Assembly: GCF_009914755.1 (NCBI RefSeq)
Contig: NC_060934.1
From: the human T2T-CHM13v2.0 reference genome, Homo sapiens
Strand: one strand, 5' to 3'
DNA length: 64,000 bases
The notes beneath the pieces were generated by a model. That model saw only the letters and a list, made by a program, of their open reading frames with translations. It ran no database searches and was not told where the DNA came from. Position 1 is the first letter of the stretch. Each line of letters opens with the position of its first letter. Shown piece after piece: positions 1 through 14,901 of the stretch. The position numbers and the translations under genes are program-made.

Positions 1-487
1 TCTGCTCTGTAGATATAATGCTAGGATAGATACAGTGCTACCATTAGCAACAGGAAGGCGTCACAAGGATTCTGGAACCTTCTGAGGGCAAATCTGCTTT
101 GTCATGACCTCAGTTTCAGAGTTCCAGAACTTATGCCTATGAAAAGTACATGGCTGAAAATACAACCTGAGTTTTGCATAACTTTGTATTTTCATTTTGA
201 CAACCAGCATCCTAAGCTGCAGGTGGCAATGAGGGAGGAAGGTGGCAGGTGTGAGGGGTTCTGGCGGTGGGCTGCGCCTGCCGTGTGCAGAAACATGTCT
301 CCCAAAGGCAAAACAAAACGAAACAAATACACAAAAAATCAGGACGTCGGGGGACTGAGGAGGAAGAAACAGTGCTGAAAGGAAGAGGGCAGAAGGCCAG
401 AAGCAGGTCCCTCCTCAGAGGAAGTAAGCTCACGGCCTAGCTCACTGTGGCATGTTTTAAAGGATGGAACACATCCTTTAAAGGATG

Positions 488-794
488 GCACAGTGGCTCA
501 CACCTGTAATCCCAGCACTTTGGGAGGCTGAGGTGGGTGGATCACCCGAGATCTGGAATTTGAGACCAGCCTGGCCAACATGGTGAAAGCCTGTCTCTAC
601 TAAAAACACAAAAGTTAGCTGGGCGTGGCAGCGCACGCCTGTAGTTCCAGCTACTCGGAGGCTGAGGCAGGAGAATCACTTGAACCTGGGAGGCGGAGGT
701 TGCAGTGAGCCAAGGTTGTGCCACTGCACTCCAGCCTGGGCAACAGGGTGAGACTCCATCTCAAAACAAACAAACAAACAAACAAACAACAACT
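488..794 (+). mobile_element. AluS
   Basis: Alu dimer with (CAAA)n tail. TSD AAAGGATGGAACACA at 459-473 and 796-810. Confidence 0.95.
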
Positions 795-2199
795 AAAAGG
801 ATGGAACACAGAAAACTGCAGTAACTGCAGAAGTCTGTGCTGAGAGGAGAGCTGAGAGGTGAGCTGAGAGTCGGCAGGGAAGGTTGAAGAAGGGCAGAGT
901 GTGGAAAGTTTCTTAGGGGAGATGACGGGACGTTCAGGAATGGTCTCTGGGGTTTACTGAGTCACACTCTCTTCACCCAAAGCAGCAGAAGCAGCTGAGC
1001 AGGTCACCCCTGCAGCTGCTGCCTAGGAGGAGGGAGTCCTGGGGCTCTACTCCACAGCAGGGAATGATGAGTGACAGGCTTTGGCAGACAGGAAGAAAGA
1101 GGTTTCCTTGCACATTTGGGGCAGATGGGGCAGAGGATCAGAAACGAGGCCTGAAGACTCCAAGTGACAATGACAAAGAAGCTGAGTCAACCTAAATAAT
1201 CTGGGGACAGTGGGTGCTGGGAGCAGATGAGCAGGCCGAGCCGTAGAAGCTCGTTGAGTGTGGTGCAGTGTTAGTGTGGGACAGGACAGGCTGGGCTATT
1301 ACACCCACACCTGGTCTCGCCTCCTAACTACGCCCACCTGCTACTGGATACTAGCCAAGCCACTGAATATTCTCTGGTTTCCTAAATCCTAAAGCAAGAG
1401 TCTGAACCCTAACCCGGGGAGGGGCACATGGTAGTCCAGGAGGGGCACAGGATTTTCACCATCACCAAGGTGTTAACCAAGCACTTTGTGGCTCTAGAAG
1501 TCCTTTTCGGAAGACAGGCTTCTTCTATCATAGTGGAATCCAAGTTCTTTGATAAAAAAAAAAATTGGTGAAAAGTATACAGGAGATTGAGATTGGAAGC
1601 ATTCACTGACTTCTACTGGTATTTCCAGTTATCATTAGTCAATGACTTCTCCAGGTATAGATACCAGGAAAAGGAAGCTCTTTGGAGCAACGAGCTCTCT
1701 AGCGAGACAGGATGCTATAAGGAAACCTGTGCATTTTTCCTGATCTCTTTCCAAGACGCTGAATCCTTTTCAGAAAAACAAACACAAAGGAATCTTACTA
1801 AAATGGATCCATGCCACGTGACTACCTTATTGGCAGCCTGAAATCCTTTGGAGTTTAGTAACTATACTCCTTGGACAAGATCTAAAAAGATTGTATGCTG
1901 GATTCTCCCCCTCACTAAATTTCAAGACTCTACTAGATCACGTTCCTTTACGCAAAGAATTTATGACACATAGTCTTGCAGGATCTGATACATGTGAGGG
2001 CAACACAGAAGTCAACACACAAGGTTGCCCTTAACTTGGCTAGGAGGGAAGGATCCACTACGTGGAACACGATTATTCACAGGTAATCACGATAAAAGAT
2101 GGTAACAAACAAACTGAGAGAGAGTGCAGCGAATGCTCATCATTTTGTGTTGCCTTGGCATCCATTTTAAATATAAGTGGGAGTTTTTCATTCCAGAAG

Positions 2200-2750
2200 C
2201 AAGGCTCTGTCACCCTTGACAGTTTCCAGTTCTATTCGCTGCACTCCCGGTTCCTCAGTGTGGTCGATCCAGACATCTGCTTTATACAACTGCTGCCTGG
2301 TGACCACCTCCCTATAGGACAGCTAGATGCAGCCTGCTGGCCCTTGCACCCCACGTGGACTGTGCAGATATGCCACAGTAACTCCCTCTCAGTCGCTGAG
2401 TGACCTCCTGCAACCCCTGCCTGCTTGCTTTCAGCCCATGAATTACAGCTCCCTACAGGAAACCTGTGTGGATAACGCTCTGGACCCAATAAAGGTACTG
2501 GCCATGGGTTCCTTTCTCTCCCCTGCCAGGCCACATGGGGCAGACACCCGCTCTGGCCTGCGTGTGTGTGGCCTCCAGGGGTGTGCTACCCTCCCCGGGG
2601 TCCATAAGTACTAAAACTTCTTAAACTCTCACACTGTGCTTGTGCCATTAAAGGCCCACAGTCCGACCCCTGACTGGGAGCCTGCCCCAAAGGGACCTGT
2701 GCTTGTGGATCTCTTGCTGGCACTTGTCCGGGCCTCTGGTGGCTGCTGAG
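2200..2750 (+). mobile_element. Old ERVL-type LTR (MER73/MER74-like)
   Basis: GGACCCAATAAAGG core and following pyrimidine tract resemble this family; boundaries uncertain. Confidence 0.45.
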
Positions 2751-5700
2751 GACAATGCTGTCAGTTAAGTTAATAATGAAACTCAAAGAGTTCCATCCAA
2801 AACAGAGCAGTTGCATGTGTGCCCATCTATATGCCTCCTTATTAGGAAAATTCCTGGTAACAGTCACCCTGTCTGTGCCCTACAAATGTACCAGTGCTAA
2901 TGTACAGCAGGCGTTCCATAAACCTTTCTTAAGTAATTAAAAAAACCCTGCTTATCAAAAACAGAATGAAGTCCAGAACGCAACACTAAGATAGTAAACA
3001 AATAACAGGGAAGAATGAAAACGTATCAGAAATAAATTATTTGACAAATATTTATCAAGCACCTCCTAGGCTCCAGAGATACAAAGATCATCGGGTACAA
3101 ATTGAAAGGTACCCCAACTCTCTCAACATCTCTTACCTGAATCCTTTTATATTGATCTCTTGCTCCAAATAATGGTCCTGGTTTTCCCGGCCCACTGACC
3201 CCTGCCTCTTTTAACTGTGTGCCCTGGAACTCTACTTGGTAAACTGCCCCCCTGTTTGCAGATGGCACGCTCTGCTTCCTTGCTAGAGCTAGACCCGCCT
3301 CTTCCCTGTGGATCCTGCCTTCCCTGTTGGCCCCGCATGAAAATTATTCATTCTCCCTTCCTTTGAGGCTGCAGAGGAGAACTTGGCTTTCCTCTTGCTC
3401 CCCGAAACACGGCTCTTTTAACCCCTGGAAGAAGCTCACAGAGGTGTATTACCTTGCATCCCTCTTCCCAAGCAGCAGTTCTGCGAGCCAGGAGTTTAAG
3501 ATTCATAGGAGATGAGGCAGGCAACGGAGCTGGAGCGCATAGTGAGGCCACCCTGCTAGGGCACCACATGCAGGGTGAAGGCAGAAGAATTGTACACTGG
3601 AGCCAATGGGTTATCACTGGGTAACTTAAGATTCAGGTCTCTTTTCATATAAGGATAGTAAATAATCAGATATATCCTACACAAAAACAATTCTGGCAAA
3701 ATTATGGTGAAACCGGTATGGCATAGAGGAACCTGGCTAGAATGTTATCACGGAAGGCTCTGTGAATGGCAACGTCAGTCTACCAGGATTTTCAGGATGG
3801 AAATGGAGCGAGATGGAGAGAGAGAGAGAGAGACACTGAAGAAGTTTAATCAAATGGGCTTGGGATTAGCTGGATTTGCGGGGGGTGGAGGCGGGAAGAA
3901 TCCATGAATGATAACCCCAAGGTTTCCAGCTTGGGTCACTGAATAGATATAAACACCAGTAGGAGAACTGGAAAAACATGCATGCAAGGGAGTGGAGATA
4001 TGGAGTCTAGTTTCGATGAAGAAAATCTGGATAAAAGCAGGCAATGGGAAACGCAGCTACTGGGTGCATGAGTTTGAGCATGAAGCCATATTTTGGTTTT
4101 ATCCACGAGTAGGCTGGCCCCTCTGGACTGAGTAAGCCCCTGAGGGTCATGGATAATTTAGGGGGTGGAGGACATCTTATAGAGAGATATTAGATCTTCT
4201 ACTAATCTAGCATGTAAAGAACTCAAAACATTCATTTATTAGTAGATATTTAAAAAGATCTGACCTCATATGATTCCAAGCTGGTAAAGTGAGTCAAACC
4301 TATCCCTCCAGAATTCCCAACCCCTGAGGCAATTATCCTCTTGATCAGAACTGACTGACTCTCTCTCCCCGCGCCAGTCTCAAACCCATCACTCAGGGAT
4401 GTCACGTTCGGTGACTTACCTGAGCAGAATGGACACAGGGCGTCTGAAAGAAATGGGGTCCAATCCTACCGCTACACTATTACACTATCATGTCCCGTTT
4501 TGTCCTATGTTAAAGAGGCCATTGAGAAACTTGAGGAGATAATGAAAAAGCCAATTGAACAGATTAAGGAACAAGGAAAGATGAAGGGGGGCTGGGTTCT
4601 TTCACTAATAAATGGCCACTGAGTGACTTAATTATCTCTAAATATACTACACAGTATTATGGGTAGGACATTGTTCTTTATCAAAAAGAAAAACAATGAA
4701 CTGAAAATGCAGCTTCCAGCCTGAAGGTGAGGCCACAGATGATCTTAAAGAGCTGGACTTTCCAGTTTGTAAATACCAGAAGCAGTGCAGAAGCATCTGC
4801 AGGAGAGGTGACAATGAGAATGCATCTCTGTTTGTGGTGATGAAAAAGCTCTGGAGGTGGTTGCACAACACTGTGAACGTATTTTAAAGAAAAATGCTTT
4901 AAAACTCCTTGCATTTTTTAGGGGGCAGGTAATGGCATGTTAAAGAGAAAGAGTTTATCAGTGAGAAATAATAAGATGACCAGGATTATACTATATGGTC
5001 CAAAATATTTCCTCTTAAAAACTCATAGAGGTTGGCATGGAGCCATGCTGTGGATAGACTGATGGGCGGCCTGTCAAATGGGAGACAGGTGGGAGCACGG
5101 AGCCAGGGCCTTCAGGCTTGCGGGCAGCTCTCTGCACAACCTCCACAAGTGAGCTGAAAGAAGAGGAATCTGAAACAGACCCTGTGCTTTGAGGACCTGA
5201 GGCTGGCACCTCTTTCCAGACCCCATTAACATGCAGATGCCATCAAGGTCCCAGCTGGCAGCCTGCAGGGACAACAGCCATGTTTATGAGGGACACACAA
5301 GACTGGGAGTCGAACTCAGCAAAAAACAGTGTGAAAAGCATCAGTCTATGGAACAGGGTGGTGGTTTTCCAAACAAGTCCTTTTTTTCCCAAGTGCAATC
5401 TAAAGTGGAACCCCAATAAATAAAGAAGAGCAAAGCTCTGCTGAGGAGACTGCGCCAGAACCCGATTCCTGAAGCCGCCCTTGGAAGATGCTCAAGAACT
5501 CCAAGGGCTCCACACTGCATAGGCTGAATGCCACGGAAAAGGAAAGACCAAAAAGTGGCCATAGAATCATTTAATTGGATGAATCAAATACCATGAAAAG
5601 GAGTATCTAGACACAAATATATCTCCACGTGCTTGAGGGTCCTGTTCAGCTGAGAACTACAGATAGAAAATAATTAAGCAGCCCAATGTATACATGGCAT

Positions 5701-7129
5701 TTACATTTAAAGGATAGCTAAGACCCTTTTAAATCTGTTGAGATACTATCAGGTTCACTTATCCACTTAATAAATATTTACTGTACTACTACTAAATTAT
5801 GAGACACAATGTGACCGAAAAAAAAATGTAATACACAGTCTCTTCCCTTCAGGAGTTTACAGCCTAGCACAGGAGACAAAAGAGTGTGTACACAGCTCTA
5901 AGAGTATAATGGCACTCTTCTGATCGACGGGCAGGCCTAAGCGGCACGGCGGTCAACCCCAGCCAGGGGACAGGAGCACTTTGTAATCATGGCTGAAGAT
6001 GTGAAGCCAGGACAGGTACCAAGAAGGAACGCCAAGGATCCTAGTGGGAAAACAGGTACTGAAAGCCAAAAAGGCACAAAGGGCTTGAGATGGGCAGTTA
6101 GGGTCAAAAAGAGCAAAGAAATACCAGGAAATGAAGCAAGAAACAGCTGTGCAAAATGAGCTATCACACGGCTTCTCAAACTTTTCCCTCAAAGAACACA
6201 GAAAGCCAAAGGAGAGTAAGTATCTATGAGAAGTTTGGGGACAGAGTCCTAGGAGGGGAATAAGGAACAAACAATTTTCTTAGATGTCCTTATGTTTTCT
6301 CTTAAAAACTGAATGCAAGTACTGTCCTATACTCTCTTTGTTTTTGCATTTAATTTTAAAACAATCTTCTATCCACCAAGATGTGCAGCTTCCTACGGAC
6401 CCTGGGCCCCAGCACTGGGCACCCACAGTTACATGTTTGCCAGCTGAAAAGCAAGGCCAGGGGTGGGTGGGCTGGTCCATCCCAGAGGCAAGGGCTGGTG
6501 CCTGTGAGTCAGGCTCTTCAGCATCGCCAGCTACACTTCCCAGGAGCACAGTTACGGTGTCCGTGACTGAACAGACAAAACTGAGGGAACGCATGATCAA
6601 TGCCTTAGAAATCATGTGACAAGTGTTTCAGGAATTACAGAGAGAAAAAGAGATCACTTTACCCTGGGAGGACTACGCCTCACAAAGATGGCAAGACTGG
6701 AGGTGGTCAATAAACAACACCAGCATTTCCACGCGCACTTTGGGGAGGAGAAAAGAGAACGGCACTGAACGAAGCTTGAGGGCAGAGAGAAGTGAAGTGG
6801 GCAATGGCGAATCAGCGAACTTAGCTGGAGTTAAGGCAATGAATGGGGCAAAGTCAAAAACGAAAGGACCCTGACACTTTGACTTCATCCTCAAAGTGAC
6901 AGGAGATCAATGAAGGTTTTTGTAAGAGTGATAGGACACAGTTAGAACTACTCAGTGAATTCAAAGATTTTTGTCTACTTATTTCTCCTCCAAATGTTCT
7001 TACATTGTGGAAAGCAAAGTTTTATTTTATAATCAATATAGCATGGCTGTCCAGTGTTCCCTGATGAGTAACTGCATCTAACATTAAGCAACAAAGTCTG
7101 AAACCACCACTTCAAGTAATATTCAAGAA

Positions 7130-7920
7130 TAATCAAGTCAAAGAGTTAAATCTGAAATGCATGGAAAAGGTCTTATAAATCAATAAAGAAGATGATGAAT
7201 ACTAATGATGGAAAAATGGGCAAAGGACATGAACATGTAATTCACAAGAAGAAAAAAATGATCAATAAATATTTTAAGTATCTTATCTCCCTAATTATTA
7301 ATGTAATGAAAATTAACATAAAATTCTTTTCCTTTCTATGTAATTATAGATTCAAAAAGCCCATTTTTGGTGATAGTTGAGGGTCACAGTAACTCTCATA
7401 GGCTGTTGGTAGGGATGTAATTTGGCAAAACCTTTTTGGGGCAGAATATGGGAATTCCACTTACCAAAATTTATGCTACAGAAATATTCCAACAACTACC
7501 TATGAATATTCACTACGGCATCATTTTACAAGGGAAATATTGGGAACAATGTAAACATTTATCAACAGAACATTAGATAAATGAATTATGGTACAGCAGT
7601 ACAACGAAATTATATCATTTCATATCTATAAAGAGTGAAATAGACCCTTCTAGAGTCATTTGGAATTATGTGAAAGACAAATTATTAGCTTCAAGAAAGG
7701 AAATCATGATCATCTCATTCGCTACAGGATAACTAGGGGCTAAATCTGCCTGGTTCCAAATAGGCAGTCAATATGGATGAAATAAATAAAGATTAGGTTA
7801 AGTGAAAAAAGTTGCAACATGTTAAATAGCATAATTCTATTTTCTTTTTCTGTGACACACACACACATTTCACACACACCTCTATTGGTAATAGTGGTTA
7901 TCACTGGAGAGTGTGATTGG
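7130..7920 (+). mobile_element. Degraded L1M (L1ME-like) 3' fragment
   Basis: Motifs AAATGGGCAAAGGACATGAAC, GCTGTTGGTAGGGATGTAA and ATAAATGAATTATGGTAC typical of old L1 3' ends. Confidence 0.7.
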
Positions 7921-7948
7921 ATTTAAAAAAAAAAACAAACTAGTCAAG

Positions 7949-8366
<418 letters not shown>

Positions 8367-9198
8367 GAGATCTTTTACTTTTTATTTTGTTTTTGGCTTT
8401 ATAAATTGTTTAAAAAATGGTTTCAAAATGAATATATATGACTGTTTCGAAGGAAAAATGATCTAGAAGAATTATTTACAAACTTTTCTTTGTGGTATTC
8501 TCAAGCTGGGTATAAGGCAACTGGTAGATGTAGCTGTGGACCTGAAAACATCACAGTGAAATTGGGCAGGAACGACTGACTCAGCAGCAGCTAGACGGCA
8601 GCAAGAAAAGTCAAGCAGGGAGATGCTGGGGTGTGGCACGTTTTGTAATCCCTGGAATACATGCTAAGGCCACTTTCTCTTGAAACTCATTACAAGTCAT
8701 ATATCCTTAAAAGGAATTTGGATGTATTTAAGGGAAAGAGTGTTAAAGCTATGAATACCACTTACAGAGCACTTAGTATGTACCAGGCCTCTGGTAAGCA
8801 CCCTGCCTACATTGAATCCTGACACCAAGCTAAGAGGTTCGAGCACTGGCGTATACATTTTACCCAGGAGATGCAGAGACTGTGAGGTGAGAGATCTGCA
8901 TTGGATGCATCAGGCTTCTGGGTCCCTGTGCTACACTCCTCTACTAAGCTGCTCAAGGAACTAGCTGAATGGCAGGAAGGACTCCATTCATGAGACTATC
9001 AAGCCGGTGTCCAGGGAGCTGTCACAACAAGACGTGGGTGCCGTGTGAACTAGCTGGTACCTTAACTACCTAGGAATGTTAGCACACAGGGTGGAAACAA
9101 GGAAATCACTGGACCAAACCATCTTTACAGATTCTGACTTAGTTGCACTGCTCCAAATTAAGAAGAATGAGGCTATTTCCTTTTAAGTTGGAAATTTG

Positions 9199-9335
9199 TA
9201 CTTGGGAGGCTGAGGCAGGAGGATCACTTGAGCCCAGAAGTTTAAGGCTGCAGTATGCTACAACCACGCCTGTTAACAGCCTCTGCACTCCAGCCTGGAC
9301 AACATAGCGAGATCCTGTCTCTTAGAAAAAAACAA
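9199..9335 (+). mobile_element. Alu monomer / AluJ fragment
   Basis: TACTTGGGAGGCTGAGGCAGGAGGATCACTTGAGCCC ... A-tail. Confidence 0.85.
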
Positions 9336-10001
9336 ACTGGAAACTTGGTCCATGTGAAGCCTGTTAGTTCTACAAAAGCCAAAGATGAAAACTTCAGAAA
9401 AGCGAAATAAAAGTCTGTGTTCACGATTCTATGAAACACACAGCAAAAGTCTCCAAAGGCTGACAATACACCTAGGAAAAATAGAACAAGACTGTAGATT
9501 AAGAGCTGCTTCTGAATTCCTACAGTAACACAAGTCTTGCCTTCATTCAACAAGAAAATGTTCACAATTTACTATTTGCAAAGAGACGCCCTTTTCAATG
9601 TAAGTTGAAATGCTGATCCTCTGCTCTCCTGTACAGAAAACTTCTAAGAGAGTCTTGACACAGAAATGCAAATCTCCCCTCCTTCCTGAGATGTTAATTC
9701 CACATCTACCTCATGGATCAGTTAAGTATGAACATCATTAAGTACCATCTGGATTATATTTCTTCAGTCATTTAAATTTTTAAAATATTCTGAGTTAAAC
9801 ACACATGCTATTGCACAATTTCATTTTCAATGTACATATTATTAATAATGATGACAAACAGATCACATTCACAATGGCTTTTTCTTCCAAGGATCTCAAG
9901 GGATTTGGATAACTTGGGCCCCAAGGGACCTGGAGAATGGCAGCCTTCCCTGAGTGAGTCTCGTGGGAAATCTCTGGGGCTAAGGCAACAGTAACTTAAA
10001 T

Positions 10002-10284
10002 CAGTGTCTTCCAAACTTTTCTGACCATGGTTCACAGCAAAAAATACATTTTTCATGATGACCTAGAACGCACATACAGATATGTATACCATGCACACAA
10101 CTCTTAACAACAGTGTGAGGAATCTGTCTTTCCTGCATGCAGTGTACTTTGATGTTTTCTATTCTACTCTATTTCTTTCTTCTTCTTCTTATTGCTATTG
10201 TTACTGTTGTAGTGTCGGTGACAATCCACTAAATTGATATCATGACCTACTTACAGGTCACAACCACTGGTGTGCAAAACATTG
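10002..10284 (+). mobile_element. hAT-Charlie MITE (MER119-like)
   Basis: Termini CAGTGTCTTCCAAACT ... TGCAAAACATTG and internal CCACTAAATTGATATCATGACC. Confidence 0.6.
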
Positions 10285-10329
10285 CCTTCAGTGTCCACAG
10301 TTTTAGGACGCTGGCCTAGGCAGTCTTCT

Positions 10330-11250
10330 CGTCCTCCATGCTCTTCCTGGATTCACCGTCCTCTCTCCTGGCTCCACTGACTACCTGCACAAGAGGACTC
10401 CAGCCCAGATTCCACCTCAGGGCTCCAGAGCCATACATCCAATTGCTTACCAGATAGCCTCACTTGGACATCTCAAAAGCAACCTTAACATCATGTCTAA
10501 AAATGTTATTTTATCACGACCATCCCCTAGCCTTAGTACATGGGCCAACTCAGCTGTCTGAGCCAAAAACCTAGGAGTTATTCCTCCTCCCCTCCCTCCC
10601 ACAGCTGATTCGTCACCAAGTCCTGCTTCTTGTAACTTCTAAATTACTTTAGAATTCTACTGCTTCTCCCCACCACCACCCCATTCTTGGTATCACTCCA
10701 TGGGGCTACTGCCACAAGCCTTCAGGATTGCTCCCCTCCCATTCTACTCCACCCTGAAGCTAGAGTGATCTTTCAAAAATGCAAATCGAATTACACTGCG
10801 GACCTCCATGGAGTGCCAATATCCCCAGGATGGAGCTGCAGCTCCCCGAGAGGCTGGGCCTCCTTGCTGTTGCTCCAGCCCTGGCTCCTGCCACATTTCT
10901 CCTATTCTATGGTGGCATCTGGCTCTTGGGTCTGGCTGCACATGAGAACCACTGGGGCAACTTTTAAAAAATAAAAGTGCCCGGGACTCTATTCAAGACA
11001 ATTCAATCAGAATCCAAGAAGCGACTGTCTGTGCAGCCCTGGCCCTGCCAAAGGCCTTTTCCTGTATCTCAGAAGCTGGTCCCCACATGCCACCCCTTCT
11101 GTGTCCTCAGCCCCAACACCACATTGGCCCTTCAGGTCTCAGTTTCAAGTTCATTTTCTCAAGGGCCGTATTCCTTAATTCCCCAGGCCTGGGAGGGCTC
11201 CTGTCCCATGTTCCCACAGAATCCTTAATTTCTCTTATCACAACCTAGTG
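10330..11250 (+). mobile_element. L2 fragments
   Basis: CACTTGGACATCTC, GCCAAAAACCTAGGAGTTAT and AGAGTGATCTTTCAAAAATGCAAATC are L2 motifs. Confidence 0.65.
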
Positions 11251-13483
11251 GGTTCTACAACCTCCCAGCCTGGCCTACTGGCTTCAATAAATATCTACAA
11301 TAGGAATATATTAACGTCAATTCTAATAACAGATATGACGAGAAGATACGGTTGAGGAAAGCTGACGGAAAACCACCACCACTGATGTGCAAGAGATAAA
11401 CCCACATCGGAGGCATCCGTGCAGTTCTCCTTCTTTCTGTAGAGTGTGCAGCGGGGTGGCAAGCAGAAGCCATTTGGTGCCTAAATTCGGCCACATCTTC
11501 CCATGAAAGCCTTCCCCGAGGGACATGTCTCATCTCCATCTTCTTCCCAGTTCATTGCAGATGACGTGTGGGAAATTCAGTTGCCCCTGCCTCGACAAAT
11601 GGGAAGACAAAGCTGCCTGTCCAGAATGATCAAGTAAACCAGGGAAGTTGGGTCGGACGTGGGCCACCCTGCTCTACCGTGTGCCGGCACCAGGATCTCC
11701 CTCCCAGCGGAGAGTTAAGAAGAGGAACACTGAACTTGTAGAGAAACGCTAAAGCTAATATTCCTGCAGCAACTCCTCAGGCACATTGCATGCTGTGCAT
11801 ATTAAGGTACCCATTAAAGTCTTGCTAGTAATTGAAAAAATTATCTATGTGCAATGAGAATGAGTTAATGCAACAGAGGAACCTTACTTTTGCATCTCCT
11901 GACTTTTTACTTTTAAAAGGTACCTGAACCTTGCGCTTCTGTGGGGTTCTTTACATTTCCTATGTAGGTGTAAAGTCATACTTGAGATATAATTCCATTC
12001 ACCATGCAAGCAACTTCATAGTCTATTCTATTGCATCAACTTTTTCTATAAAAATAAATTGTTAAGGATATTATTCCTGGAACAGAATAAATTCTTGGAA
12101 TCACTGAGTAACTTATGTAGCGTTCCACTGTTCCAAGAACACATCACTTATTTTATCATGACAATGTAAAGGTATTAATCTTTTGGCTTCCATTTCAACA
12201 ATGAGAAATGCTGCGAGAGACACAGACACCTGCATTACATTTCAGCTCAAGTTTATATCATCCATAAACATCTCTGTTTTGGACACCTCAGCCAAACAAA
12301 TGCTCGCAGAATACTCTATGTAGCATTCGATTTTATGGAACTATAAAAGTTCCTTGCTGTTAATTACAGAGACAAATGTCTCATCACACATTTGGTTACC
12401 AGATAGCAGTATAATTAGTTTTCTCCATTAACCTTTCAGATATAAAATTTGATTTCAAGTAAAAAACATTGTAAACCCCTTGGAATCTGAATAACAGTAT
12501 ATTTCTGCATGTTTGAAAAACATGCAATACCAAGAAAACAATTTTATAGATTCTTATTTACAAGGATATTGGTTGTATGGAATACTGAAAGAAAATGTCT
12601 CTCAACTTTGTAATGATTTGAAAACATATTATGAAATATGCGTGCAATAAGCTATCCTTTGTAGAGAAATGAGGCACAGTAACCTGACCCCCAGTGGAAT
12701 GTGCCCTTTGACCTCTCTCTCCTAACTATGGTCACGCGGCCAAAATGTTCAGCACAGCCTCTCATCCGCTCCCCCTTCATCCTGGCATCTGTGAGACAAT
12801 GGACGAGGGTGGTGTGTTCAGTTGATGGCAATGGAATAGTTTTTTTCCTGTTTAAAGTCAAATTGCCTTCAGGATGACTGATCCCACAACCCTGGCCTGC
12901 CAAGGACCATGCTGTAGCTTACATTCATAGAGAGTGCATTTGACGGACACAATGGTGTAGACGGGGTGCTATCAACAATGGTGTACGTTTACGCTGCCAA
13001 CATCTGGAGAGTGGGATGAAGACCTCATGCGCCGCATGGGACAAGCCTGCACAAGGAAACGGCCTCATCTCAATCAATCGTCTCACTCTGATCTACTGAT
13101 AACTGGAGGCACATTACCTTTTAACATGGTTTAACACGGAACTCATTCATTTATTCAAGAATAGTTATTAAGAGTCTACTCTGCGCCAAGGAATACTACA
13201 GTAGGAATACAGCATTGGACACTCAGAGTCTTGCCCTGAAGGAATTCAAACTGAGACTGGAAGGATAAATAAAAGATCACGGAGGCAAAGGTAGTCGAGG
13301 TCACTCTAGGCAAAGAGGCCGGCAGAGCACATGCCAGGGCCCTGGTGTTGCAAGATTCCAGGGGTGCTGTCCCTTGTGCCATGTGAGTCTGCGAGGCCCG
13401 GGGTGGCGCGGAGGCTGGTGACACACAGGGGCACAGGAGTGCATCCTATTTCAGAGTTAGACTTTAAAGGAGGGAGACTGCTA

Positions 13484-13801
<318 letters not shown>

Positions 13802-14124
13802 TTAACAAATACTTATGATATTTCCTAGAATGTGCCAGACACTGTTCTGCAAACAAAAATGCAAAGAGATCAGGCTAGATGATAGCAGGATACATACAGG
13901 CTTTGAAGAGTTGATACCAAAGGAGGCTTTTGGATTTCCAGTGCCAAAGACCATTATATGTAAGTGTTTAAGTAAAAGACTGTATTTCTCAGTGTCCATT
14001 GAAGATTTTTGTGACCATACAAAAAATAAGTGTTGATTGGAATATCTGGTTATATTCTTTAAGAAGCAAGCAGAACAAATAAATTAAGCAAGCATTTGTT
14101 GCCCTATTAGGGTTTTCTGGTGGC

Positions 14125-14315
14125 TTTTTTTTTTTTTTTTTTGAGACAGGATCTCACTTGTCGCCCAGGCTGGAGTGCAATGGTGCTATCTCAGCTCGCT
14201 GCAACTCCCACCCACCGGGCTCAACTGATCCTCCCACCTCAGCCTCCTGAGTAGTTGGGACTATGCAGCATGACACCTGGCTAATTTTTGTATTTTTTTG
14301 TAGAATTTTTTTTTT
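14125..14315 (-). mobile_element. AluJ right-arm fragment
   Basis: Poly-T followed by antisense Alu right arm and linker. Confidence 0.85.
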
Positions 14316-14542
14316 TGCAGAAGAGTGGTAAGCATGTCAATGAGGTGAGGAAGTGCACAGCCTAAAACATAAGGAAGGAGAGCTGCTGCAGGAATGAAAA
14401 GTGGTCTGGTATGGCTGCTGCACATGGAGGCAAGAGGGGAGTGTCAGGAATCAGCTCGAAGAAGTAGACGGAGGCAGTTCATGCAGGGTCTCAGCTGTCA
14501 TGCTAGGGAGTTTGGGTACACTTAGATGATAAAGAATTTCAA

Positions 14543-14901
<359 letters not shown>

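Noticed and set aside
838-870. Short tandem GCTGAGAGG(A/T)GA repeats; similar micro-duplications at about 20770-20792, 28687-28737 and 61283-61311
   Set aside because: Ordinary slippage duplications; no spacer structure, not CRISPR-like.
3131-3140. Minus-strand donor CAG|GTAAGA
   Set aside because: No convincing partner acceptor found; adjacent sequence looks L2-like.
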